Positions 38,757 to 51,500 of a DNA stretch of 64,000 nt are shown one piece after another. The notes beneath the pieces were generated by a model. It worked only from the letters and a program-made list of their open reading frames with translations, made no database searches and was not told the origin of the DNA. The stretch's first letter is position 1. Each line of letters starts with the position of its first letter. Origin of the DNA: Pocillopora damicornis (lineage: Eukaryota); contig NW_020846779.1 in assembly GCF_003704095.1 (NCBI RefSeq), forward strand, positions 124,001 through 188,000, given 5' to 3'. Position numbers and translations under genes: made by a program.

Positions 38757-39137
38757 TTAGGCCTTGGGTTTCTTCTCAGTCTTCTTAGGCAGAAGTACGG
38801 CCTGGATGTTGGGAAGAACACCTCCCTGTGCGATGGTGACCCCGGCGAGCAGTTTGTTCAACTCCTCATCATTACGGACAGCCAGCTGAAGGTGACGGGG
38901 AATGATTCTTGTCTTTTTGTTGTCACGCGCAGCGTTGCCTGCCAACTCGAGGATTTCAGCGCTCAGATATTCGAGCACAGCAGCCAAATACACAGGAGCA
39001 CCAGCGCCAACACGTTCCGCGTAATTGCCTTTGCGGAGAAGACGATGGATACGACCAACTGGGAATTGAAGCCCTGCTCGGGATGAGCGGCTCTTGGACT
39101 TGGTGCCCTTAGCTTTACCTTTACCGCGACCAGACAT
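38757..39137 (-). CDS. H2A: Histone H2A (126 aa)
   Basis: [34 protein letters not shown] is at 39137. Confidence 0.99.
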   Translation of the reverse strand: MSGRGKGKAKGTKSKSRSSRAGLQFPVGRIHRLLRKGNYAERVGAGAPVYLAAVLEYLSAEILELAGNAARDNKKTRIIPRHLQLAVRNDEELNKLLAGVTIAQGGVLPNIQAVLLPKKTEKKPKA

Positions 39138-39455
39138 GTCGATACGAACTGCTTTGAGTGCTTTCAGCAAGAGTGCATGGTAAACTTTTTACCACTTTTG
39201 ATATTTATAGTTCGTTTATTATGCTGGAAGGATCGAAAAGCACCAATCAGTAGCAAGTTTCATATAATTTAATATCCTAGTAATATATTTGAATAAAGAG
39301 AGAATGTCATGCCAATTGACCCCGGGGTCAGTATAAGAATAAGCCAATCATCGATCGAGAATTTCGATCCGTATGGTAATAGATCCTTTCACGATTCCGA
39401 TATAAATACAAACCGAACAACGCTACACAACCATCAATCTTCGTTATTGAACAAG
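39138..39455. promoter_or_regulatory. Divergent H2A/H2B promoter
   Basis: TATAAATA on both strands (minus near 39202-39209, plus near 39401-39408), three CCAAT boxes and GATCG/GATCC motifs. Confidence 0.65.
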
Positions 39456-39827
39456 ATGCCAGCTAAAGTTGCAGGAAAGAAGGGCGAGAAGAAAGCCGGA
39501 AAGGCGAAGGCTATTGTTGATGGAAAGAAGAAGAGGAGAGGAAAGAGAAGGGAAAGCTATGCCATCTACATCTACAAAGTGTTGAAGCAAGTTCACCCTG
39601 ACACTGGTATCTCCAGCAAAGCCATGGGCATCATGAACTCGTTCGTTAACGACATCTTCGAGCGCATCGCCACCGAAGCATCCCGTCTCGCCCACTACAA
39701 CAAGAAATCAACCATCAGCTCTCGCGAGATCCAGACCGCCATTAGGCTGCTTCTGCCCGGCGAACTGGCTAAACACGCCGTAAGTGAAGGAACCAAGGCT
39801 GTGACCAAGTACACCAGCAGCAAGTAA
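39456..39827 (+). CDS. H2B: Histone H2B (123 aa)
   Basis: [43 protein letters not shown] is at 39456. Confidence 0.99.
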   Translation: MPAKVAGKKGEKKAGKAKAIVDGKKKRRGKRRESYAIYIYKVLKQVHPDTGISSKAMGIMNSFVNDIFERIATEASRLAHYNKKSTISSREIQTAIRLLLPGELAKHAVSEGTKAVTKYTSSK

Positions 39828-39860
39828 ACTCACTCTGTGGGTTTCCCGCCTAAAACAAAC

Positions 39861-39876
39861 GGCTCCTTTAGGAGCC
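39861..39876 (+). promoter_or_regulatory. Histone 3' stem-loop (H2B)
   Basis: GGCTCCTTTAGGAGCC followed by ACCA. Confidence 0.95.
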
Positions 39877-41316
39877 ACCAAATGTCATGAAAGTCGATGC
39901 AATATGAGCCTGAATGAAAATTTTTCTCTTAAATTTCATTTCTGTCGATTGCGATGTTCCCGTAACCTAGAAAAAAGAGTTTTATGTATGTTCTGTTTAA
40001 AACTGACAGTCTTATTGAGACGAAGGAGAATGTGATAAGTGATGCACATACAACAATGGGTCATGTATAAGCCACGAAGACTATTATTCGTATCATAAAC
40101 TTCCTTTTTCCAAATTTCTCACTGGATTTTACACTCTCTGAAGGGCCAGGTTTTTTTTGTTTGTAAACGATACCCTCTTCCTAATCTCAATTCTCTGGCC
40201 AACCGCGGGTTAATATTCCTGAAACGTCTGCGGTAGATATCCGAAGTTTGCAGAATTCTATGCACAAACACTTCCGAGCGGTGAGCCATTAAATGTACGC
40301 CAACTGTCGCACATAAATACCCGACAACTGGCCTAAAACGACATGAAGTTAGACGAGCAACGTATATTTGTTATCAGTGGCAGATCTAGGGGAGGGGCTC
40401 GGAGGGCCCGGGTCCCCCCTTATTTTGGGTAAAAAAAAAAAAAAAAGGAAAAGCCGGCCATACAATTTTTATAATGTTGGTTTTGAGAATTTAGTATTGG
40501 ATCAACTAATTATCCCCAAATTGATATTTCTCTTTACTCTTATCACTTGTCTGCCTGATATTGTACTGATATTGTACTGATATTGTACGGAGAAATTCTC
40601 TTTTGGTCATTCATGGAAGTTAAAGGGTTAAGACTAATTACAGTTGGAAGAGCTTTAAAATAAGATGCTATTCAGTAGTTCGTGAAGTTAATTTTCTTGG
40701 GACCTTCGAACGAAATTGTCTAAGAAGCATTGTGATTTTCCTCGCACGCTTATGATCTAGTGGAAAACATTGATGGAGTAGAAAACACAGGTGGAAATAA
40801 ATATAAATTCCCCATATTGATAAATTTCTTTATTCTCATCAATTGTGTAATTGACAATGTATTGGTATTCTAAGCGCAATTTTTGTCTCAGCAACTCAAG
40901 GGAGTTAAACCGTTAAGTTTTCACTGAACACTTATTGGGACTGGTATAAGAAACACAGCATATCTTTGACAGTCTGTTCATGATCTCTCATTTTCATCTA
41001 TTTTCTGCTGTTTCTGATTGTTTTACTCTCAGATTTTCTTTCCAACTTCCTATTTAGGTCTTGCAATTTCAGTCAAAGGTGTTAGTCCATCAGTAAGTAT
41101 TCCATTCCTAGAGTTATTGCAATATACTTTGACTGAGATCCATCTAACTGATATTTTCACACCGTTCAGAAACTGTAACCTTTTTAGAGGTACAAATTCC
41201 AAGCTTCCCATCAAAATAATAAGATTATTGATAGTTAAATAACAATTAAGTTTTCCACAAATTTTCCTAATTCATTCTCTTCATAACTGGTTCTTGTAAG
41301 CAGCATTTCAGGATAA

Positions 41317-44300
41317 CTACTTGAAGTCCTCTGCACTGAATAAACCCTAACAGTGAAGAGAGAAAGTACTTGATTACTACATGACCTGAGATTTCAGCTT
41401 CAATCTGACATAAACTGTTGTTCAGATGTACAGATTACACCATGGGAAATGCACACAAACAATTTTCACTTTTAAATTAAGTAGAATGAATAAATGCAGT
41501 GAGTGGGCTGCTTTTCTTAGGTAAGTATTGAATGAGGCACAGAATGTCATAAATAAAGCATTTTTTATACACTGATCTGAGTCGTCTAGTTTGGTGGTAC
41601 TGAGACTTTTGAAAAGCAAAAAGGAAAAATTGCTTGTTTACAGTTTGGCTCAGGTGTCCATATAGCCCCTGCATATTATAGTAGGCTCAATAATGAAATC
41701 AGGAGACCCACAAGTTGATAAAGTTTGACAATTAGAGTAAATTGGATTATGAAATGTTGAAATTGGCAAAGGATCATTTATTATATTCTAAATACAGCAC
41801 ACAGCTGTGCTCAGTGTCAACTAAATCAGAGCAAACTTAGATTTTTCTCTCAGTCTGACTTCCCTTCCAAAGTAATGATGTTTACTTACATGACTTTATT
41901 TTAAAATGCCTTTAAGAATTGCCCATTAGCCATCAAAGAGATTATAGCTGAGTTGATTTCCTGATACATACATATGTCATCTAGAAGTTTTTGTTGTTGT
42001 TTTTAACAAGCTTGTTATTTCTTTCTCAAACAACAATGAATTGCGGAAAGTCCCAAACTATGCACTTTTTTTTCACTATATTGTCAGCTAACAGGAAATA
42101 ACCATGAAATTCTTATTCATGGGTTTATTTCCAAAGTTTACTTTGAACCATTTTAAGTATCATACATAAACATGTTTCTGACAGTACATAAATCAGTGTT
42201 TATGAAAGTTAATGAGGATATTTTTCTAACAAAAGAGAAAGGGGAGGACATTTTGCATGAAAAAGCATTAAGTGATTATAAATTTTGGCACAATATGCAC
42301 ATAAGCAGATAATAACTAACAAAAATACGTTCCAAAATTGAGGAGAAAATGCGTCAACTAGATACCTTTGCTCTTCTTAATATTGAGTCCTTAGATGGGT
42401 CGTAGGGATGCTCCTTGGATGGAATCTCAAGAATAGCTGGAATAGCTTTATCATAATTATCAAGAATATGCCTGATCTCCTCAGCAATCTTACAACAAAA
42501 TGAACAATGAAAAAAAATACATGATCAGGAGAACAAACAATACATAGATACAATGGTAATCAATGTCCTCTTTTAACTTGGAGGTGCTTCACCCTAAAGA
42601 TTAGTAGCCTTAAAAGCTGATGGGTTTTTTGGGAAAAGTTTGATCAACAAAATGAAGGCAGTGGTCAGCTAACAAAATAAGAAACAGAGCTTCCTGCCTA
42701 TAAAACCACCAGCTGAAATTCATTATTTCAATTTATCACACCTTTTAATCAAACAGACCAGCTTGAGCTAAACAACATGTCACAAAAAAATAAAGTGTAA
42801 ATCAAACTGTCTATTTAATGCCAGAAAAGACTGGGATGCTAAGGGAGCCTGTTGGCAGGGAAGGCCTCTGAATTGAAAAACCCAGGTTTGAGTTTTAAAA
42901 GGGTTCCTACACTGCCTCTCTCCGGTGTTACCTGAAAACTATCAAGGAAAGCTAATTAAGTGCTGTTGATGGAGTAGTCTACAGTTAAGTAGCATCCCAT
43001 CCTAGAAAAGTGGCAAAATTTCTTGTCGCTTTATGCCACAGAAAGTAAGAAAAGTTGTGGTGCTGTTGCCCAATTAGTTTGTGGAATATAGCAGTTTCAT
43101 GCCACTTTTTCTAAGGACCAAATAAGAAGCATTGTCAATAGTAGAACTTTGTCACTATCTTGATTTAACCTCTTAAAGAAAAAAAATCAACTTCTTACAT
43201 TTTGATTGATCAAAAGAATGGCAATATCACTTCTATTTGTAAACTGCTGAAAGGCTTCTTCAAGTTCGCTAACTGAAGTTTCTGTAGAGAACAAATGAAA
43301 AGTTATTCAAACAAGAAAAAGATACAAGATAATAAAAAAGTTTATCCTTCCACTGCGAAGACCTGAAAAGTAGATATCTTGACTCATAAATATGTTTAGT
43401 TTTAACTCAGAGGAAAATCTTACAATCTGACTGGTTCTTAGCATGGTCCATACCAAGAACATCCCTTGCTTTGTTGCCATTCTCCATAAATAATTTTTTT
43501 TCCCAGCTGGGCATTATTTTCAAGCAAAGTGTTTCAAAGCAAATCAAGCCAATTAATAACTTATTAGTTGTCTCTTCTCTCACTCTCAAATCATTTTGGT
43601 TGCCAGCTGAAAATTCTTTTCAAAATGAATTTGTGGTAGCAAATGTGTCATTAAATGGGTTGACACACAGCCTAAAAAAAAGTTTTCAATTAACTTTTGT
43701 CTTTCATAAACACTAACTCAGAAAGTTAAACCTATGAGATATTTGTTTACAATCGAATTAGTCAATGGAACTTTCATTCATTTAACATCTGAATTCTCTC
43801 AATCAATTTTTTCCTTATAGCAAAATATTCAGTCCTACTTTAAATACACTTTTGGTAAGTCTTTGCAAGTCAACTTGTGCAGTTAAACCATTTGCACCAT
43901 AAATTGCACAAAAAAAAGACAAATGAATTCCACAAGAAAAAGCTAAATTAAATTCCCCCTGGGTCTAGTTAAAGCGTCTCATTTGACTTCAGTTATTTGG
44001 TGGAAACAGGCCAGATTTGCACCATTGCAGCAAACACATAAGCAAACCCCCACAACTTCAAAAAATACATTTGAATTTACTTACAAATACTTTCCTTAGA
44101 ATTTACAGAGCCATTCTTTGTGCAATAATCATCAATGGAAGTAAATAATAATACTTTCTGTAAGATAATTAAATGGTTTTGAGGAAAACATTGTCTTGAT
44201 GGTCATTGAACTTGAGTCTGTTTGCCAAATCTGTACTGTTTGTTTTTTGTTTTGTTTTCGAAAGTGTACATGCTGTTTTTTCTAACACACTTTCTAACTG

Positions 44301-47094
44301 ACAGGTGTCAGATTGTGACAGATACTTGTAAAAATAATGTTTCAAAGTTTGTTTGGAAGCCTTTTAAACAACTTTTAGCGGCACTACACAAATAAAATTA
44401 TCTTGGTGAAGTCTCTCTCTTTAATTTGTGTTATCTCTGTTTTAACTACCATTTTCTCACTCAAAAATTGTTCAGTTTCAGGAGGATCTTGCCATAATTA
44501 CAGCTCTAAAGCATTCCAGTCATTTTAGCAGGAATTTCATGAAGATTTAGAACAAAATAAAAATGTTAATCACCAGCATGGAGGTCCAAATTGGGAAAAA
44601 CTGAGCCCTCTGTCTCAAGGTCCAACATGAACCTCTCAGCTGGCAAATAACATACATAAATGCAGTACTTTCAATAAGATTTGAAGTAGGTGGCTACCTC
44701 CGTAAAGCATCCGCCAGAGGATAATGTGAAAAACAATTTCAATCTTGTTAACCCATTGGTTCCACTAGAGTAAAATTGCCTCCAACAGAATTTTCTGTGG
44801 CGAACTTTGGTAAATGATCATTTAATTTTACTCTCCTCCTTTGTAACATTTGTTATATAACTGATTGTTTATTTCTATTAAAAATCTTCCATTTGCTGAG
44901 TTGCAAACCTGCTGCCTGAGTTTCACACAAGAAGTCCTCTGAAAGGACATGTAGTAACTGGTTACTGAAATTTTAGTCACTATGTTGTAAAATCAAAATC
45001 TTATTTTCCAGGAAATTTGGTTTATGGTATGATAAGACAATACCAATAGTTTTTTACTCAAAACTCATTTATAAAGATACAAGTCACCTGAAAGAAATCT
45101 AAAAGACCTCCAGGTGTTTGAGGTCTCACTTCAGCTTCCAAAAAGTCACAGAAAGATCCAGAATGGTGTTAACGATCCAAAATCGCATAAAACTAAACAC
45201 TTCTAACAAGCAGTCAACAAAAATCAAAACTAGATAATATCCAGTGTGAATCAAATTTCCGTCTGCATATGTTCTCAAATTTTGAGGCTACGATCCAAAC
45301 CTTTCTTCACCTGATCTTTGTTTACAGAGGTTTCTTCTGCTTGCAATTGGAAGCAAACCTCTCAGTCTCCTGCTTCAAACACTGAACAAATTTTTTGTGA
45401 TTGCAGGTTTTTGTTTAGTTTTTGTTTTGTTTTTTGATGTGTTGTGTTTTTTTTCTTTTTTTTTTTTTTGTTACTGGGTGAAATTAAAGATTTGCGGCAG
45501 TGAATTTCACCAGTTTTATTTCCTGGGAAAACCTCAGAATTATTCTTTTCTGCAGAATTGTTCATTTAATATTTACATAGGATAATTGAATTAAATCAAT
45601 CAGCCAATGAATTTTAGTTGTTCCTACAACTCATGTTTCATATCGGATCATAAACAATCGTTGTGTTAACGTAGAACAAGGTCTTCTTCGATTTTTCAGC
45701 AAATACGGCTTTTTTTTTTATAAATTAAAGTTTAGACACTAAGTGTTTAATAGCCTTTTTGTAGTTCTCTTCACAGCCAAGCCTAGGTTAAGTGTCTATA
45801 GGCAAGGTCAACATCTTTCCAAAAAAATTTCAAATTTGATTTACATGTGCTATTAACAAGCAAGCTGTTTTAACTAACTTTGATTTTCAAGTTTGTTTTC
45901 TAACCAGCAGTTGAGAAGAACTGCTTTTGTTTTATTTATCTAAAAGTATTTAATGATTTTAGTTCAGCACAAATTTGTTTGAAAATTATTTAGGTAACTG
46001 ACAATGTACACTTCTACTTTGAGCATTATTAACTTTTATAGAACAAGTAAAACAAGCAGAGAAAGAAAACTGCCAGTGAAAGAATGAATCTAACAAACAA
46101 AGGCTATAGAATTAAAAGAATAACTGGGGTGAATACTCCAGTACTAACTTGACTGTTATTTTCTATATTATTTATTAACCTTTTTGTTCTGTAAATTTGA
46201 CTTGGACATGGCAAAGTATACGCGGCGATTCACAACAGAATACCTGCCAGAGCTCCAGCGGGTGCCGGGTGTTATTGAAAGAACTGACATGGGTTGTTTA
46301 TCTCTTATGCAAGAAGTTGCTGCTATTGCAAGATGATGCTTTTTATGTGATAGTTTCCTCAACCCTCTTCACTTATATCCGTAAAAGTGTATAATATTAA
46401 AACGAGGAATTATTTCCTGATCGCTCTTGTGAGTGTGAGGGTTGATCACGACCACGACGCTAAAAAACTAGCAATAACCCCTCTTTTTCGGTTGCGAAAC
46501 TGGATCCAAACTAAACGAAAAAAAAATATTTACCGGTACATAGTCAGAAGCAAAAGTTGCATATTAATTTGTAAATTTCTGCTACGAGTCAATTGGGGTT
46601 GCCACCCTATCGATACTGAGCACTTGGGATACATTCTTAGCACTTCATTATTTTAAAAAAAAACCGCCTCTTTAAGGATTTTTGTAGAATGGAGGGAATT
46701 ATTTCACACTCTCCCATATCAGTTGTACGATTGCCGCATCCTGGTTGCAAGTTCCTGAGACTGCAAAAGAATGCAATTTGCTCCTCCTACTAAGTCTGAT
46801 TTATGTCTTAAGCTCACTCTTTTTTTTAATCGAGTTAATAAACACAATTCTCAGCAATCAAAGAGAAATTTCTTACCTTTGGTGACAACCAGGAAATTTT
46901 TCTGTCTCTTGGCGTTAATTTCTCCTATTCCTCCCAATAGAAAACCAGTGCAAGTGTCCTTAACCAAGAAAAGTGAACCTAAGTCATTCTGACGATAACT
47001 AGACAAGATTATGAAGAGAATTGGTCCTTACCTCGTCTCCTATCACAGCAACAAGTCTTCCCTTCGCACCAGCAGAAATACCTGAGTGCGCCAT
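41317..47094 (-). CDS. ATP6V1F: V-type proton ATPase subunit F, 5 exons, 126 aa
   Basis: Exons 47094-47032, 46958-46877, 43281-43199, 42488-42366 and 41346-41317, all GT-AG. Protein [73 protein letters not shown]. Confidence 0.97.
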
Positions 47095-48514
47095 CTTGGA
47101 TTCTCGTTTGAGTCGTACGTCGTGTATGTAGAATTGTAGTGTACACATGATTTCCTCATCGCCGACAACCTTTGTCGTAATCCTGAGGTGTGTGAGACTT
47201 TATATAGGATATTTCAACAACTGCACCGATACCTCGAGTAATCGTAGTAAAGGAGGAGAGCCACTAAATGATCAGCATCGAGGCAATAACACTGAATTTA
47301 TATTCTTGGTGTAAAAATTATTTGTTTGTATGAATACCGCTCAGAGTTTGGGGCAAACCGGCTGAGCGGCTGCACTACTCATTTCCAGACTATTTCATCT
47401 TCACCTGCAGTGAATCGAACAAGATCATCGGCAGACTTATCGATAAAGGATCACATCCATTAATTATGGGAATGAATGAATAGCGAAAAGATCCATACCC
47501 CTTTTATAACCCGACAAAAGTTCTTCTTTATGGAAGTAACATTACTCTAAAGAACTGTGCGAGAACTCTTGCTCCGCGTAAGTTTTAGAGAGTAGCTTTA
47601 TATTGCACGCGCGGCGTTCTACTTTTAAAATAAAACAGTAGGGTATTTCTTTAGTTTCAAGACTAAAAAGCTAACATCTTGTTTAAAAGGACTTAGCGGT
47701 ATTGTACTGTAATTGTAATTGCAGTGTAATTATTTAATTAATAAGATACATGAAAAAATTACTAAATTCTTATTGGTTGAGATAAATGCAGTTTTCAGGT
47801 AATTCAATGCAGAAGAGGGTTAATTCAGTGCAAAGAAGTGATAAACCAAACTGAAAAATTCCTTGAATTGTTTAGCCGAACTTTGAACCTTTTTCCTCCT
47901 TAAAGATGTGAAAATATCATTGTATATTATTGTTTTGAACGCACGCGGTTGTTTTGACCGAACGCACAACGTCACTTGCAGGGTTTGAATAAATTATTTT
48001 TGCACTTGATGCGCGCGCTTTGCTTCTGCATAGTTTTTATAAGCAATCTCGTATTTTTTCATGTTTTTTTTAGTCTTTGAAAATAGTTACTCGTAATTAT
48101 TTATTCCAAATTGCGCCCGAAATTATGTGATTACCTATACTAACAATACGAGTACATTTTCATGTAACTCGGGTGCAAAGTTGTAACACAAGTGCAAATT
48201 ACAAATAGCGCGCGCGCTGCCAAAATTGCGTCCGTCTCGACTCTCTGTGATGCTTTTTCAAGGATTAAAAGCTGCACTCGCCCTACGGGCTCGCTCAATT
48301 TTGTTGTCTTTGAAAACTTTACTCGTGCTTATTTGCACCAAATTGCACCCGAAATCATGTTGTTACCAATACTAGTTACTGACGTATGATTGCAAATTTA
48401 GTTATTCCTAATTGTGACGTAGAATCAGTATTGCGGAGCTTTTCTTCATATTAGGAGTTGAGTTGCAGTGCGGAAACAAATTTTCTTTCAAGAGAAATTT
48501 TTTTACGACAAGAA

Positions 48515-51500
48515 ATGAAATTGTGGGTCGGGATTGTGTTCTTGGTTGTGTACGCACAACTGGGAATCAATGCTCGGCCCATTCCAAGATTAAGACCACT
48601 AATGAGTGATGGTAGGTAAACATTCTTGTCCGTTCCTGAATTATGTCCTAGTTAATCGATGAACCGAGAATGCCGTCTTGTCGCATCACTGGCCAACAGA
48701 TAACTGAAGTTCTATTAATCAAATTTAGAATCTGTTTCGATTGAGTGATTACAATGTAACCTAACTTATAACAACAAGAAAGTAATTAGCACAGAGCTGC
48801 CAGACGTAACCTACTTCAAAGCGACGATTGTTGAGAAACGCCTGTGCGCGTCAGTGATTGCATAAAAAATGGAACAAAGGAGTTTTTACCGAGTTTTAAG
48901 TACTTAGGTGCCAGCTTTCGTCGTTTGATCTGGAGTGAAACCGTGGAACAGAAGTGTTCAAAGGATATGTTGTGTATCCGCGTTAGTTGAATGTCTGCAA
49001 CCATAAACCCTGAATGAAATTTCAGGCACCTAAAGTTTTCAAAAACTTCGCTTTTTCTTTGACGAGTCTGTACTTTCACTACTTTATGTCCTACATTTTC
49101 ACGGTTTCCCTGAGTGAGCCCGCGAAAGTCCGTGACGCGTGCAAGCGTATTTCAGCTCCACCTTTCTAAGTTGTACAGTTCGTGATCCATTTAGGTCATG
49201 CGCGCGAATTTTTTAGTTTTAGGAGCATTGAGCAAATTAAACTTAAGCTAAGGAAAAGTCAGTTCTCAACGATAATTTATCAAAAATTCAAAGAGTAAAG
49301 ATGAAGCTCTTGATTCTGAAAATAACCATTCCGAAACGGAAGTTTTACACCAGAATGACTCTAATATTAATGACTCCTTTAGTACTAATGGTAAAACTAA
49401 GGTAATTTTGCGAAAATTTTTACTGGCGATTAGGTTGCGACTCATGGAGGAATTTTAATATAAAAATTGATACTTATGAATCTTTTTGTGTTAAAGGAGA
49501 GCTAGTGCACCATGAAGAAGTCGTCAGGAGAGACAATGATGATGATGAATCTATCGATATTGAAGGTAACCCCATGAAACGTGTCATGAAGATTCACAGC
49601 GCAATTAAGGTGATGCTAATGACTCTGTTTTTGCCAAAGGTGAGTTAGATGACGATGAAGAAGCCGAGTGGAGAGACAACAACAATAAGGACTTTATCGA
49701 TAGTGACGGTGAGCCCTACGAAACGTATCATGGATATTTACAACGAAATTAAGATAATACTAAGACTCTCTTTGTCCTAAAGGCGGGCTTGAAAACGATG
49801 AAGAGGTCGAATGGGGAGACAGTGATGATAATGACTTTATCGATGATAAAGATAAGCCCCATGAAGTGTATTATGGAGATTCACAGTGGAATTGAGATGA
49901 TACTAATGAATCTCTTTGTACGTAAGGTGAGCCAGAAGACGAAGAGGAAGCTAAATGGAGAGACGGTGATGATGAATCCAGCGAAAGTAAAGGTAAACCC
50001 CATAAAAACATATGCTTGAGATTAACAACAGAATTAAGCTGATACAAATAATTCTCTTTGCGCTAAAGGTGAGCCAAATGATGATGCAGAAGCTGAGTGG
50101 AGAGAAAGTGAGGATAATGATTCTATCGATAGTAAAGCTAAGCCCCATGGAACAAATCATGCATATCACAAGCGCAATGAAAATGATTCTAATCCAACTA
50201 TTTTTGCTAAAGGTGAAGTATACGACGATGAAGAAGCTGAAAGGATAGGCGATATTGATGATGACTCCAGCGATAGTAAAGGTAAATCCGATGAAACTGA
50301 TCATGGAAATTTACATCAGAATTAACAACATGGTAATTACTCTCATTGTGCTTAAGGTGAGTTGGAAGACGACGAAGAAGATGAGTGGAGTGACCGTATT
50401 GATAACGATTCTATGGGTAGTGAAGGTAGGTCCCGTGAAAGTTATCATGAAGATTCACAGCCAAATTAAGACGATTTTAAGGACTCTGTTTGTGTTTAAG
50501 GTGAGGCGGATGGCAGTAAAGAAGCCGTGTGGAGAGACGGTGATGATCTTGAGTCTGTCGGTGGTGAAGGTAAGCCCCAAAGAAACTTATCACGGAGATT
50601 CACAGCGGAATTGAAATGATAAGTACGACTCTCTTTCAGCGAAAGGTGAGCTGGATGACCATCAAGAAGCCAAATGGAGAGGCTCTGAGGACTATGAATC
50701 TATTGATAGTGAAGGTAGGCCCTATAAAACTTATCATGGAGATTCAGAGCAGGATTAGAATGATATTCATGACTCTCTTTGTATGAAAGGTTAGTTGTAT
50801 GACGATGATGATGATTGAAGTGAGAGATTATAACGAGTCTATCAATGGCTATGGTATGCCCCATGAAACTCATCATGGAAGCTCATACTAGAATTCAAGA
50901 GGTATTAATAACTCGTTGTATTCGCTGTAGGTGAGCTGGATGATGATAAAGAAGCCGATTGGAGAGACAGTGATGATCTTGAATCTATCGACAATAAAGG
51001 TATCCCCATGAGACTCCCGAGATTCACAGCCTAATAAAGCCGATACTAAGTGCTCTCTTTGTGCTAAAGGTGAACCCGATAACGATGAAGATGCACAGTG
51101 GAGAGACGGTGATAACGATGACTCTAGCGATAGTGAGGGTAAGCCTCATAAAACTTATCATGGAGATTTATTTCGGAATCAAGATGATACTAACGATTCT
51201 CTTCTTGCTAAAGATGAGTTGGCTGACGATGAGGAAGATGAGGGGAGGGACCGTGATGATGATGAATCTATCGATAGTGAAGGTAAGCCCTGTGGAACTT
51301 GCCATAGGGATTCGCAACACATTTAAAATGATACTTATTACCCTCTTTGTGCTAAANNNNNNNNNNNNNNNNNNNNNNNNNNNNNNNNNNNNNNNNNNNN
51401 NNNNNNNNNNNNNNNNNNNNNNNNNNNNNNNNNNNNNNNNNNNNNNNNNNNNNNNNACTAACCACTCTCTTCTTGCTTAAGATGAGTTGGATGACGATGA

